Source: Paraspadella gotoi (Eukaryota; Animalia; Chaetognatha). Taken from it: a stretch of DNA of 64,000 bases. Below are positions 51,801 to 64,000 of this stretch, piece by piece. A program made the translations under genes and the position numbers. The notes below the pieces were generated by a model. The model had not been told where the DNA came from. It did no database searches and saw only the letters and a list, made by a program, of their open reading frames with translations. Each line of letters opens with the position of its first letter. Position 1 is the first letter of the stretch. The stretch spans positions 10,371,042 to 10,435,041 of the forward strand of contig CM119265.1 in the NCBI GenBank assembly GCA_051294375.1, in the 5' to 3' direction.

Positions 51801-53055
51801 GCAGAGCTGAACTCGTTTTTAGACGAATCAGAAGCAGCGACGAAAAAAAAAAGAGAGAGTGACATATAATTAAAAGAAATAGAGAGAATTTTTACAATTT
51901 GCGATAATAAAGAAGCGTGACGACGAAGACGGTCACAAAGAAGCAGAGCCGATCCTTAATCTCGCCCAAGTCGGGAACAATATCAATTTGCACAGTTTTA
52001 TTTTTTCGCCGAAGCAGATTTTCGAGAATTGTAAATATACGTTGACAATAATGGCAACAACGCAATCAATTAATCTTCGGCGTTGACGTTGTTGTTGTTT
52101 TTCCAAAGGACGAAACGTAAATAAGATATGGCAGAATAATGCGCAGAAGCTCAAATATTTATGTATGTTTTGCTCGAGAGCAGAGCGATCTTCTCTTATT
52201 TCGGAAAATGCCCCTTGTTGTTTTGAAATCATAAATATGTAGATGCGTAAAAGGGGAATAAACTTTTCACAATATTTTAAAGAGAAAAACGGTTAACGTA
52301 ACATGTAACATTCCATCTCTCTAAGTAGAACATGGAGCGACACAGTTTTCACTACCAGTTTTCCAACAGACTCGACCTTTTTACCTTAATGGCGTCGTCG
52401 TCGTCGATTCTTCCGCGGAATCTCTCCGCTTCAGCGTCGCGAGATTTAACCGTCTGTTCCAGAGTCGTTACCTAAATCAGGGGAATACTATTAACCCCCC
52501 CAAAAAGTTGGCAAATTCGATTTCGTAGAAAAACTGGATGAAAGAGAAATCAGGATTTAGGAGACGTGAGACCCGAAAATAAAAACCAACGAAGGGAGAA
52601 AAAGAAAAGAGACGGAAAAGGAAAGTAAAAAGAAATGAAGGAGGACGAGGACGTAATTGAATTCGCATTGGCGCAAAAAAGGATCAAGACACCGAGTGCG
52701 AGGAGAAGAGGGGGAAAAAAAAAAAATCTTTGTGGCAAGAACGCGGAACGCGATTGAGTTGACGTTCAACAGAAGGGAGAATCGGAAAAAGAGGGAAGAA
52801 AACGGGGACGGAGAATAAGAAGAGAATAAAAAGAAAAAAAGCGAGGGAGAATAAATAACGCCAACGGGAGTAAGAAAGGTTTGATGATTTTAAGTTTACC
52901 TAACTTATCTATCCTTGTTGTACATTTCAAAAATGTAATGTTTCTCTCTCTCTCTCTCTCTCACTTTCATCATTTAAAAAATCAACTTACTTCCCCTATT
53001 TCCCTGTCCTTACATCTGACCACTGTCCTTTTCTCAATTCTTTGTTGGAAACACA

Positions 53056-53102
<47 letters not shown>

Positions 53103-56100
53103 ACTTATATTTGAGAAAATTGTCATTAATTTAACACTGATGAAGACTCGAAAATGTAAGAGTCGAAACATGTCCGTTGCTGAACGTTTAATAAAAATCG
53201 TTGTAAAACAAATAAAAATTTTCGTTTTTCGAACTCCGCTATTAAAATAAAACTACGAAAAGAGAAAATTACACGATAATTTTTGAAAAAATAATGGAGG
53301 AAATACAGGGTGACCATTTTCAACACGCGGCTAGAAAAACTTCACCAAACGAAAACGTTTTCAATCAAAAATAAAAGGAAATTCGTTACTTGGAATTCAT
53401 CACTAATTTGTACAAATATGGGTATTGCAAGGAAGCCCGTTAATAATGGATTCAGGAATACCAATTATAATTTCTTAAAAGTAATATACCTTGCTATTGA
53501 CTATTTTTAAAACTAAGGTAGTCATAATTCTGTACATTATAACTTTGACGGGTCTCAAAAAGCTATTTTTACAGTTTTTCAAGGGCTTTCAGACAATATC
53601 AATATTATTGTGATTTTCTGGAAAACTTTTTTTTATATCGTTCAGAAAGTAAGACAAAATTTTTCATTCAAAAACAGTAATCTATTGAGCAGGGAGATCA
53701 TTTTCAAAGTAGAAGTAAACCGAAAGTAATGATATCTATACATGAAAAACGAGTATGTATTGTATCTCTTTTCAAAATGTTAAAATATTTTTACGTTTTC
53801 ATTTGGTTAATTTTTTTTAGCGGCGGGTTGAAAATGGTCATGCTGTAGAAGAACAAAAAAAAATAACGAAAAATACACGACAATAAAATATTAAAACATT
53901 AAACATAGAAATGTTAAAGTATTACACATTTACGTAAAAAAGTATGAAACTAATTTAAATGTCTTATTAAAACTTTCTTAACAAGAAAAACAAAAGAAAA
54001 AATAGGACGGAAGAGCACAAAATATAAAAAAGTGAGACAGAGAGAGAGCACGCACTGTCGCAAAGAGGACGGACAAATTTGATTATCGCCGGAAATGAGC
54101 CAACAGCGACGGAGGAGGAGAATGATGAGAGGAAGGAAAGAAGAGGAAGAGGAGTGGAAAGAGGAACCGGAGCGAAAATTGAAGACCGGAGGAAATCCGA
54201 TTGTTTTCTTCGCCTCATTTTCCGGACTAATGAAGGGGATTCATTACGGATCATTCCGCGTCTCTCGACTGGCAAAAACCTAACGAGCTATGGGCGTTTT
54301 ACCATGGGGGACGTTTAACTTTCCTTTTTTTTCTTCTCTTTCTCTTTTTTCTATTCTCTCCCCCATCTCTTCCCACTTACCCTTTCGTGCAGTCTTCTAG
54401 TCTGATCGACGAGATCTTCCTCCCGTATCTTCGCCTCTCGTTGCTGCGTCTTCTGCCGCTTCTGCTGCGCCTCGAGCAACTTCCGCAGTCGGTCGCCGTC
54501 GGCTCTGAGGCGGTGGATCTCGTCCTCCATGTCCTCCACGTTGACGCCCGAGTCGGAGTCTCCGCCCGAGACGCCGGAGCCTATCTTGAGAGCGCGGATC
54601 ATCTCTCGATATTTTACTCGCTCGCGGTCGGAAGACTCCAACTGATAATTGTGACAAAGTAGGGAAGAAAGTCAACTTTTGTCTTTTGCTTCGAAAGATT
54701 AAAAGACAGAATTCGAAATAAAGCGAGAATAGTTATGAGGAAGAAAAGTTATCCAATTATTTAATCAACTATAAAGAGGATAATTTAAACCTATCTTACT
54801 TTCTTTAATTAACAAAACGTCTGCGGACAGAAAGAGACCGAAAAGTGAGATCAAGACTAACCAGTTTGAGCAAAAAATTCCGGACTGCTCACTATCATAA
54901 GCAGTAAGCAGCTAATCAGATAATTAATAAATTATTTTTTCCTATTCTTCAAATATTTTTTTTCAAATTTACTTTTAATATTTTCTTTATTTTTTCTTTT
55001 TCGTTTTTAATTCATTAATTAATAATTATAATAATTTTATAATATAATAAAATAACCTATACCCCTCATGGATTTCGGCTCATTAATCCGAATATCCAGG
55101 TATAGGCGAGCCATCACCAATGGTGATCCTTCATTGTTGCTTAGCCTATCTTAAACAAACCAAAGCCCTGGTATCACAGCATTATTAATTTTAGGGAAAT
55201 TTATTAAAGTTTTGTAATAATTTGTAAATAATTTAAATAAGTTAAATAATTAGTTAAAAAATAAGTTAAATAATTAAAGGTATGTTAATGTAAAGTTAAC
55301 ATTAATCTGAATAATCTGAATTAATCTAAATCTTCATTGATAGGGAAGACCTGTACTCTGGGAGTGAATAAACGAGACTGTGAGAAAGTCTTGAATGAAA
55401 GCTTGCAGGGACCTGCTCTGTCATTATCTTATAATTTATCAAAATTTGATGTTTCTGACATGATCTAAGTAACTTACCGACAAGATTTTGGGGTTGCACC
55501 GACGGACCGACAAAGTAAACCATAGCTTAGAGCCGGAATCTGCTCTATGCAGATCCGGCTAAAAAGTAAAAAGAGAAGGAAAAAAAAAAGCCTGTCCAAA
55601 GTCAGGGGCAAGATAGCTTATTTATTAAATGAATGGATAATTTTTATATTGGTTGTACCAATTTCATAAATAAAAAAAATTAAAAAAAACTGAAGAAAAA
55701 CGGGAGCTGAAAAAAGCAAAGAAGACCTCGAGGAATTAAAAAAGAAATTTATTGCTTCGGCGAAACAACACTCTTCCCATCTCTTGCGCCTCACCTTAAC
55801 CTTCCACTCCTCCTCCCCTTGTTCCAGACTCTCGATGACCGCTGCCTTGGCTTCGGCGTCGGCCCTCATCGCCGCCGCCTCTTCCTCGGCCGCGTCCGCT
55901 CTGGCCACCGCCTTCGCCAATCGCTCCTCGAGTAGCGCCGCCCGCGACTCGTTCTCCGCCACCTCCTGCGGCGTGGGGAGATCGGCGAGGTAAGTCTCGA
56001 TGTTGCTGAGCTGCTTCTTGGTACGGGCAAGCTCTTTTTCCTTGACTCGGCACTTGTGCCGCAACTCGTCGTAGACTTTGTCCCGATCCTCGAGTCGAGC

Positions 56101-58208
56101 GGCGGCCTCGGCGAGGCCCGACTCCTTGCGCTGCAGCTCGTCAACAAAGTCTCGTTTATTCCGCTCCAGTTGGAGCTCGGTCTCGGTCAAACGCCTCGCC
56201 AGATCGTCCGCCTCCATCTTGGACGTGGCGGAGGCTTCGGCCAGTTGGGCGCGGACGGCCGCCGTTTCGTACTGGAATTCCTGTCATGTAACTTTGTAGT
56301 AAAAAACGACGATTTCATTTCTTATTAAACTAAATCGGTACTTTGTTTACCTGCATCTTGACTTCCAATTCCTTCGTCTGCTGATGAAACAGAACCGGAT
56401 CAAAGGGCCGTTGTCGGAACTGCTTTCCAGATTGAGCGGCACCCGTCCGCCTAGTGGCAGCATCGGAGGTTAACTGTTCCTGCTGCTGCTGCCGCGCCAA
56501 CGATTCCAATTGTTGTATCTGCTGCCGCTGCTTTTCGATGACGATATCCTTTTCCTTGATCATGGAGTCGGCGACGCGACGGAGAGAATCCCAACGAGTG
56601 GCGTCACGATCCGCCGACGCCGATGAAGTCGAGGGCGACGGCGGTTTAGGCGGCGGCTGAGACGATGGAACGTAGGCGGGCCGGGAGGAAGAGTAAGATT
56701 CAGAAAAAGGATATGGATAATAGGCGGGGTAGGGATCGGAGGCGCCTGTCGTTGGACGCGGCGGGTAGTTCGCGGCCAGAAAAGCCGCTGCGTCACCGTC
56801 GTGCCACGATCGTCGATTCTTCGACGGCGACGGCGGAGCGGTGACGGTCAATGGCGCAACGGCCTGTTTAGTCATAGGGCCTCCCAAGCAAGCCATGCAC
56901 GCCGGCTGAAAAACGCCCCCTTCGTCGAAACGTGGAGCCGTCAGGGCACCACAAGAGTAGCAAGCCGCGGGGGGATAATGTACGTCGGTGGGGAGACGGG
57001 CGGGGTCGTGAGGTTGGAATGAATATGGGTAAGAGGGGAGCGCTTCGTAGGGAACGGGTTGTTGCGATGAAGCGGGTGGGCGGCAGGCCGAAGACGGCGA
57101 CTGCTGTCGAATCGGGCGAGTGATGCCGAGTCGAGGCCCGACGTTGAATTGAGAGGCGCTCCGGGGAAGAACGGCCGCCTTCGGGACTAAATGGATAAAA
57201 GAAACAAAAAATTGATAAAAACTAAGCAAAAATTAAGGTCAAGTCGACGTTCAAAAAAAGTTTCGAAAGTAAAGAAAGATTTCAGCAATTAATAAATAAG
57301 TTCCAGTAGGTAAAAGTCAACCTCTCGATTCAGAAGTCGCCCCGTCTTCCCATCGGTTCAAGTTCATCTCCGACGCCATCTTCGTCATTTTCGTCGACGC
57401 CTCGTCAACTTTGGCGCCGAGTGAATCGCTGTTTGATTTAGCGCGGGCGCGAAACATGGCCGGTTCCGGCGGCGCGCGATCTGCAAATAAAGGGGAGATT
57501 TAAGTCTTAGAGCTATGTAATGTATAAAAGTACTTTAAATCACACTCACCGATTGGGGTAACTCCGCGTCGTGTCACATTCCTTCTTTCGACGCCACGGG
57601 GATTTTCTTCGCTAACATGGTCGGGTTCGTCACTGGAGAAAGTCGACGTCGAGGGGGCGTCGTCGTCGTCGTCGTCGTCGCGTGGAACAGGGACGAAGGT
57701 TGAGCGAAGGTTGGATTGCTTCGGACGCTGGGGGTGAGAAACATATGAAAAACTGACTTTTTGCCAAATTTTTTCAAAACAATTGTAGTAGGATTTGTTG
57801 ATTTTTACCTATTTTCTACTTAATTGTTTTTTATTTTTTATTTACACCCAAAGGAATTTCCACTTAGTACATTTAACGCTAAAGTATACCGTAAACAGAT
57901 TTTATAATTTGCAGATATAATATTACAGAACAATCAGCTTAACTTGTCATCTGAAAGAAATAAAACGAAAACTTGAAACAAATGAGAAGTTAAGGTCTTT
58001 CACGTGAATAAACGAGCGTATGTGGTGGCAACTGACTTTTATAATTTGTAAAAGGTATATTAATAATATTATTAATATTTTACGTTGATTTCGTTATCGT
58101 TTTTGATGCCAAACGAACCTCTTTGATGATGGCGCCGAGTGGAAGTTTGAGGCGGCGATTGAGGCCCTCGGATCCGTTGGAGGAGATGGAGTGATAGCCT
58201 TCGGACAT
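48856..58208 (-). CDS. CEP85: Centrosomal protein CEP85/CEP85L-like coiled-coil protein
   Basis: About 9 exons. RWDSLRRVADSMIKEKDIVIEKQRQQIQQLE, IETYLADLPT and C-terminal VRRDVDKLRTLLSNKIADEMGDNLDCTQQ match CEP85-family signatures. Confidence 0.85.
50557..51945. mobile_element. Dispersed element carrying a 22-bp minisatellite (copy 2)
   Basis: Same start and end blocks as 7910-10007, with an expanded array. Confidence 0.65.
50920..51732. repeat. 22-bp minisatellite, roughly 35 units, two sub-arrays (gataAtc then gataGtc)
   Basis: Directly visible. Confidence 0.95.
53133..53178 (+). ncRNA. Minimal type I hammerhead ribozyme motif (Penelope-type)
   Basis: aaca-CTGATGA-a-gactc(gaaaatgtaa)gagtc-GAAA-cat-GTC-cgtt, with palindromic ACATGT stem III. 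Related copies lie at 7364-7405 and about 49930-49967, each followed by a similar aataaa(aa)tcgttgt tail. Confidence 0.65.
53306..53845. mobile_element. Tc1/mariner-type MITE family D
   Basis: TA|CAGGGTGACCATTTTCAAC ... GTTGAAAATGGTCATGCTG|TA. Confidence 0.85.
55333..55668. mobile_element. LINE-like fragment interrupted by a short element ending in a GC-rich hairpin (HINE/DINE-like 3' end, ~55434-55566)
   Basis: The flanks match 1937-2148. The insert has ccgacggaccgacaaagt followed by the hairpin agccggaatctgc-tctat-gcagatccggct-aaaaa. Confidence 0.5.
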
Positions 58209-59522
58209 CTTCTACCCACTCCGCAGAAGTCGAGGTCTTCAGTTCGACGATGACATTTCACAGAGTCAAACATCGATGTGACGACGAAACAGGGTCGAGC
58301 TTCTCGTGAATTCCGTGTCGTTCCTCCCTTTTTCCTTCTGTTCCGTGACTCGGACTCACTAGCACTCTCTTTCACGTTTCCTCGAGGTTTTTCCGCCGAG
58401 TTCGCAGAAAAGAAAAGTCCAGGGAAAATATCGCCGACGCGGGAGAAATTATTAGTAATAGAATACAAGGAGTTATTACGATGAGAACAGAGATGGGGGG
58501 GGAGAGGGAGAGATGAATAACAAGTTCGATGATTCAGCTGAATTGCGCTTCGGTCAGTTCGCCTCTCACTTGGTTCCGCCGGTGATTTTCTCGTTTTTCT
58601 CATTGACTTTTATCCTGTCGCTCACTCTCTCACTCGCGTCTCGCTCTCTCGATATTGCCGCGACCGGTCGCGTTGGGCGAGTTTTCGTCGTCGAGTTTGT
58701 CGACCAGCGTCGGTGACGTCAAGTTCTGGGGAGATTCGCTCGAGCGACTCGAGGAACCGCAGCGCCGTCTCGCGGGGAGAAGCGAGAAAAAACAAAAGGG
58801 AGCGCGCGATATGTGAGGAAATTATTGTGAGTCTTTAGTGTGGGCGAACGGAACGAGTTTAGATTTATCCTTGAAGTAACTTAATTTAGAATCGAGGACT
58901 CAATTTATGAGGCACTACTTAACGTTTCACAATCGGTTTAAAATTATTTTTTCTGTATAAAATGATCAATTATTATTTTATTAATCATGACAAACATTTT
59001 AACTTCTCGCCGAACTAGCTATATAATTTTACTTGGAAATTAGTCTTGGCCTTAAACGCAGTCCACGAAAAGGTTGTCAAAATAGCGAAAAATCAGTGTA
59101 TGATAATTATTTTAAATTTTTTTAATAATGAACGAGGATGGCGAAAAAAAGTAACCAAAAAACAGTGTATAAAAAACGATAAAAAATATATCGCTGTTAC
59201 TAATAGAAATAATAGTACTAGCAATAAAATGAGTCAGAAGTAACCTATATTATTAGAAAAAAAATTATAATTAACGAATCGGGGTTGGCGTGGCTTCAAA
59301 GAATAAGAATCGGTAAAGGACAATGAGAAAGATTCCCCTAAAAAGAAAACCCGTTCAGAAAGGATACCATTTTCCGTTTAAAGTACATCATAACATAAGG
59401 GACCACCACCCAGAGGGCAAATTATCTAGAGTTTGTGTGGGTGTACGATGTTGTTGGGAGGGGAGTTAACAGTTTTGGACGGCGTCGTTAACACTCTGGG
59501 ATCTATTCACAGGCGATTTTCT

Positions 59523-62500
59523 TCATTCCCACTTGTACTTGTTCCTCAGCGCCCAGAGATAATCGGCGGCGCCGCCACGCCCAATCTTCTTGCGAATAAC
59601 GAGGAGCGTCGTCCCAACGTTGCCGACGAAGAGAACCAAAAAGAGGAAAGAGAGAACGGGGACCTAGAGATTTTTAAAGGGGGGAGAGAGATGGAGAGGG
59701 AACTTTCGCGAAGATTCATCATTGGGACTTTTTTCATTTTGATTATTTTTTTTCATTCATTATTCATCAATTGATTATTGACTAATCGCTTTTTTTAATT
59801 CAGCTATTATTAGTATTAAGAGAAGATGTTAGGTATAGCAGGCTAACGGTTAGTTCCAACTCATTGTTCTTTTCTCCTGTTAACATTCCAGGGTGGACTT
59901 CAGACAGACTGTCAACACAGACAAGTAAGGAACAAATTAGAGCCACTTCCCAGCTTTTCCCGCTAATTTTTTCCAACGACCAAAGCCGAGTTGAAAAACC
60001 TTCCCAAGTAATCGAATCAATTTTCTTAAATCGAAAAAGGCGGGAAAATTCCTGATCTCCGCTGAACGGTTCGGCCCGAACCTGCCACTCGTCGCAGTCC
60101 GGGTGAAAGGAGAGACGAAAGAGAACGAACGCGTTGTAGAGTTGAAAGAGATACGCGGCGAAGAGGAAAGGGAGGAGGAACGACAGGCCTTTCCACATCC
60201 ATGACTGGTTGAGGACGAAAAAAGGTAATGAGTTTATTAGAAATAAGAAAAATTAAATTACTATAATTGACTGGTTCAAATTGAAAGCTTTTCAGGAAAG
60301 AAACCTGAAAGCCTTCGGCGGTGAGATCCATGTTGTGTCGTTCGCCCAACGCGCGCAGGCGGTATAAGCATCCGCGCTGGTAGTAGTATTGAAGAAATTG
60401 CACGAAACTCAGGAATAGAACGAAAACTATGAACTGCGTGCGAAACAACTGTAAATCGGGGGGAAAATAAAAAAAAATAATAAACAAATAATTAATCCCT
60501 TTTGGTCTCCACATAAAATATACACGACTTAAATCAACCTATACCTGGTAGGTGGTTCCGTCTGGCCAGACAAGTAATATCCCCGACACGACGGTCGACA
60601 CGAAATGGTGAGAAACCCACCTGGGAATTTCTTTTAATTAATATATGAATATTAAACAGAGAAAAGAAAGCTTACCATCCTTTGATGCGTGAACCGTTGA
60701 CCGTAAGAATGTTTTCTCGAATGGTCAAGGTGCAGTAATACCACACCAAAAGAAACGTTAAAATCGTCTCCCAGAAACGATATTTTAGGACGGTGAGTAT
60801 CAAGAGGGATAAAGCAAAAGCTGAGAAGAAAATAAAATGAAAGTAGACTTTAAAGTGGCGAACAGAATGTAGTTCGACTGAGGCAATACCGTTACTCACC
60901 GACGGACGTCACCCTGAGCTTGAACAGTTCGTAGTCGTTTTTGTAGGCAAATTTGGCGGCTTTACTGAGAAGCGAAACGTTAACGATTCCGAGAATTATT
61001 CGCAGATACAACCCGTTGTCCTGTTAAGCAGAAGAATTAAAAAAAAATCTTAAAAGCATAAGGATCGTCGCAATCGCATAAGAAAAATCTGGATTGACGA
61101 CAAATTTTGATACTAAAAAAAATAAAATTTGAGAAAAAAAAAATTTATAAACAAAGAAAAATTATATTTTGCGATTGTCAATTAAAAAAAATAATAAAGA
61201 ACCGAGGAAAATTAAAGTTACAGTTTCTGAAAAAAAAACAAAAAAAACTTTCATTGTCAAAAAATAAACTGATCAGCAGACAAAAAAAAACGAAATAAAG
61301 ACCCAATGTTTTTGCGATAGCAAAATGATAACATGCACAAATGCGATGCCTAATTTTACGAGTTCAATCCTAATTCAATTTTTTTTTAATAAAAGCGAAA
61401 AGAGAGAGAAAGAGAGAGAGAGAAAAAAAAAAGAAATCAAAAGGCAGCAGCAGAAGCAGCAGGAAAAAGAGAGAAAAAGAATAATCCCCTGCAGAGCCAG
61501 CTGCAGACTCGTTTTTTCCCCTATGAATCAGTGACAAGGGAAAAGAGAGAGGGAGAGAGACATATAATTAAAATAGAAAAGAGAGAGAGAAAGAAATATA
61601 AAAATAAAAGAGATAAAATTGTTTGTTTTGATAAAACGTAAAAAAAAATTTAATCATAAAAAAGGCGATCTTATGGCAACAGCCGGGTTGCCTGTGATGC
61701 CCATTGGGATGGGGCATCTCACTGTTGGCTTTGGGGGCTTCCGACCCTCAGTGACGCATCCAGTCACTGGCGCGGTTACCCTAGGACGGTCTCGCTTTGC
61801 CAACGCAGAGGGAAGTCGTTAGGACTGTGGATGGAACACTATGCCTGGGATGGTGTGTTCCCCTCTGAGCCAATGTATTTGGCTGAAGGATGGTGGACAT
61901 GAGGCGGTGTGAATATACCGCCACAGGATCCCCGGGCCAAGACATCACTCAGGTTCCTCAAGCCCGAGAGGTGTCTGACAAGACTGTTACCATAGTGGGA
62001 GAGAGAGAGAGAGCGTGAGTTGTGGGGGCATAGGCGTTTGTCGTAGCGTACCCCAGGGGCATAGGCGTTTGTCGTAGCGTACCCAAAGTCGGCAGGGCAT
62101 AGGCGTTTGTCGTAGCGTACCCTGAGAAGGTTGCGTGTTCGATAGTAGGGCTCACCACTTATGGCAACAGCCGGGTTGCCTGTGATGCCCATTGGGATGG
62201 GGCATCTCACTGTTGGCTTTGGGGGCTTCCGACCCTCAGTGACGCCTCCAGTCACTGGCGCGGTTACCCTAGGACGGTCTCGCTTTGCCAATGCAGAAGG
62301 AAGTCGTTAGGACTGTGGATGGAACACTACGCCTGGGATGGTGTGTTCCCCCTCAGAGCCAATGTATTTGGCTGAAGGATGGTGGACATGAGGCGGTGTG
62401 AATATACCGCCACAATCTATAATTTGGAACGCCGACGCCACTTATGTGCAAAACCACAGCAATATCGTCGCAAACGCAACGATAAAAATGATTTAGATTA

Positions 62501-63049
62501 ACTCTATAACTGGGACCCAATAACGACGAGACACCTTTGGCAGAACGTCTTCCATGTCGCGAATCTCGTTCTTTCTGACTCCGATTTCCTCCTTGATCTT
62601 CTTGAGATCGGCGAGGACGGATGCGTCTTTGTCGACGCCATCGCCGCCCGCGCCGTCGTCCGTCTCCTCCGTTTTTGACGCCTCAGAATTTCGCTACGAA
62701 GGATACAAACGAGGCGGGCGCCTCCTGAAATTTCCGAAACGCGAAAGCCTCCCCCCGGAGTCCCCCCCCCAATAGACTCACCCGATTTTCCTCGGCCAAG
62801 GCGAGCTTGAGCGAAGAGTGAATCTCCCGCAGACGACGAGATTGACGACCGATTCCCGCCTTGCACTTGGATTGAAGCGCTTCGATCTCCTCCACCTGCA
62901 AATTTGTGGCGTGGAGATATTTTTCAAAACGTATACATTATATTTATGAACCTTACCTTTGCTCGGTATTGCTTGTGCAGCTCTTCTAATTCTCCGAATT
63001 CGTCGCCGAGTTTCTCCCACTCAATTTTTATCTCATCCAATTTCGACAT
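59523..63049 (-). CDS. TMEM120: Transmembrane protein 120 (TACAN family)
   Basis: [128 protein letters not shown]. Confidence 0.97.
61672..62414 (-). mobile_element. Terminal-repeat retrotransposon in miniature (TRIM), 743 bp
   Basis: LTRs at 61672-61925 and 62160-62414 with a few differences, TSD ATCT. A PBS-like agTGGTGAGCCC follows the 5' LTR on the minus strand. The 234-bp non-coding interior has three copies of gggcataggcgtttgtcgtagcgtaccc. Confidence 0.93.
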
Positions 63050-63545
63050 TTTTCTTCTTTTTTAAAAAACGTCTCTTTTTTCTTTGTACATTGATCAATA
63101 ACAGTCGGACGCCGTGGGCAGTTTTAAGTTTAGGGGCGACCGACCATTACCAAAGAGAAGTCCAGTGCAATAATTACACTGAAAATGGATAATATAATGT
63201 AAAAAAATGTAGCTTAAGATACATAATATACCTTTTTAAGTAACTGGAATGACGAGAAGGACTACTCTAATAAAAAAAAAAAAAAAACATCTTCACGATC
63301 AATTACCAAGCATGATTGCAACGATTGAGCCCGTCGAAAAATTCTTTGGCATAAAAAAAAAATTATTAAAAACACCGATCGAAACCATGAAAATAATATA
63401 ATAAAGTATAAAGTAATATTAAAATATCAAATCCCGCCCTTCCGACACCGGGTGGCGAATTACATATTATTTCTTCATAATGGAAAGACGTGCGCGGTGA
63501 ATGGCAGAAAGGCAAATTCTTGGCCGTGAACAATCTATTAATCTA

Positions 63546-63826
63546 CTATCTACGCAATAACAAACTGTAAAGGAAGGCAAATTGGACCGTTAAAAAAAAG
63601 ACCAACAAGGGAGAGACGCCTCGCAAAGCGGAGCGGACTCGCGATGCGAAAGCGGAAAGGCTTTGGCATGAATAACTGATTGACCTCACGAGAATAAACA
63701 ATGCTGTCGCCATCAGGATTAAGCGCAAAGAGAAGGCGTGGCCGTCGGCAGGGGGCGTTCTTAGAGAGGACAGCGCCCTCGCTCGAGAAGCGTTTCTCTG
63801 GATTATAATCGAACGCTTTCGTCTCC
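63546..63826 (-). CDS. Possible terminal exon of an upstream gene with hydrophobic C-terminus
   Basis: Open frame ETKAFDYNPEKRFSSEGA..LILMATALFIL..LLVFFLTVQFAFLYSLLLRR*, with GC-richer, exon-like composition. Confidence 0.3.
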
Positions 63827-64000
63827 TTTCCCGTAAAATGTCAATCTTTGGCGGCGCGGTTGATTTACAGAGACATAGAAGTTTAAAAGGGGAAAATGGG
63901 TAAAACGTAAGGATTTTTTGCCAATGGTTAACGCTCCTACGAATTTTTTAAGTGCGAATCCGGTACATGTATGAAAAAATATTCGGTCAAAAAACGACCA

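Noticed and set aside
61672-61925. Retrozyme-type hammerhead in the TRIM LTR
   Set aside because: The LTR is hairpin-rich but has no CTGANGA...GAAA core on either strand.
61839-62291. 150-aa ORF across the TRIM
   Set aside because: It runs through LTR and tandem repeats with no gag/pol motif; a chance ORF.

Overview
This is eukaryotic genomic DNA from an invertebrate animal, with GC-rich exons, short (about 60-100 nt) AT-rich introns and many nested mobile elements. Every host gene I can reconstruct (14, plus one weak terminal exon) lies on the minus strand. From right to left they are TMEM120, a CEP85-like gene, RAB6, an OXLD1-like gene, a BCAP/BANK/Dof-family adaptor, two tandem paralogs of an uncharacterised family, KEAP1, a small unknown gene, a SOCS-box protein, an ARHGAP18/28/40 (conundrum)-type RhoGAP, the 5' part of UTP15, and two low-complexity genes. 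Mobile DNA includes a structurally complete but coding-decayed DIRS retrotransposon with inverted terminal repeats (ITRs) and an internal complementary region (ICR). Its ICR sits unusually upstream of most of the coding region, inside a putative gag intron. There is also a 743-bp TRIM plus a solo LTR whose LTR carries a 5S-rRNA-like segment, and a 262-bp TG..CA insert enclosing a tRNA-like cassette. Other elements are several TA-target MITE families, Penelope-type minimal hammerhead motifs and a dispersed element carrying a 22-bp minisatellite. All exon boundaries and alignments were made by eye and need computational confirmation.
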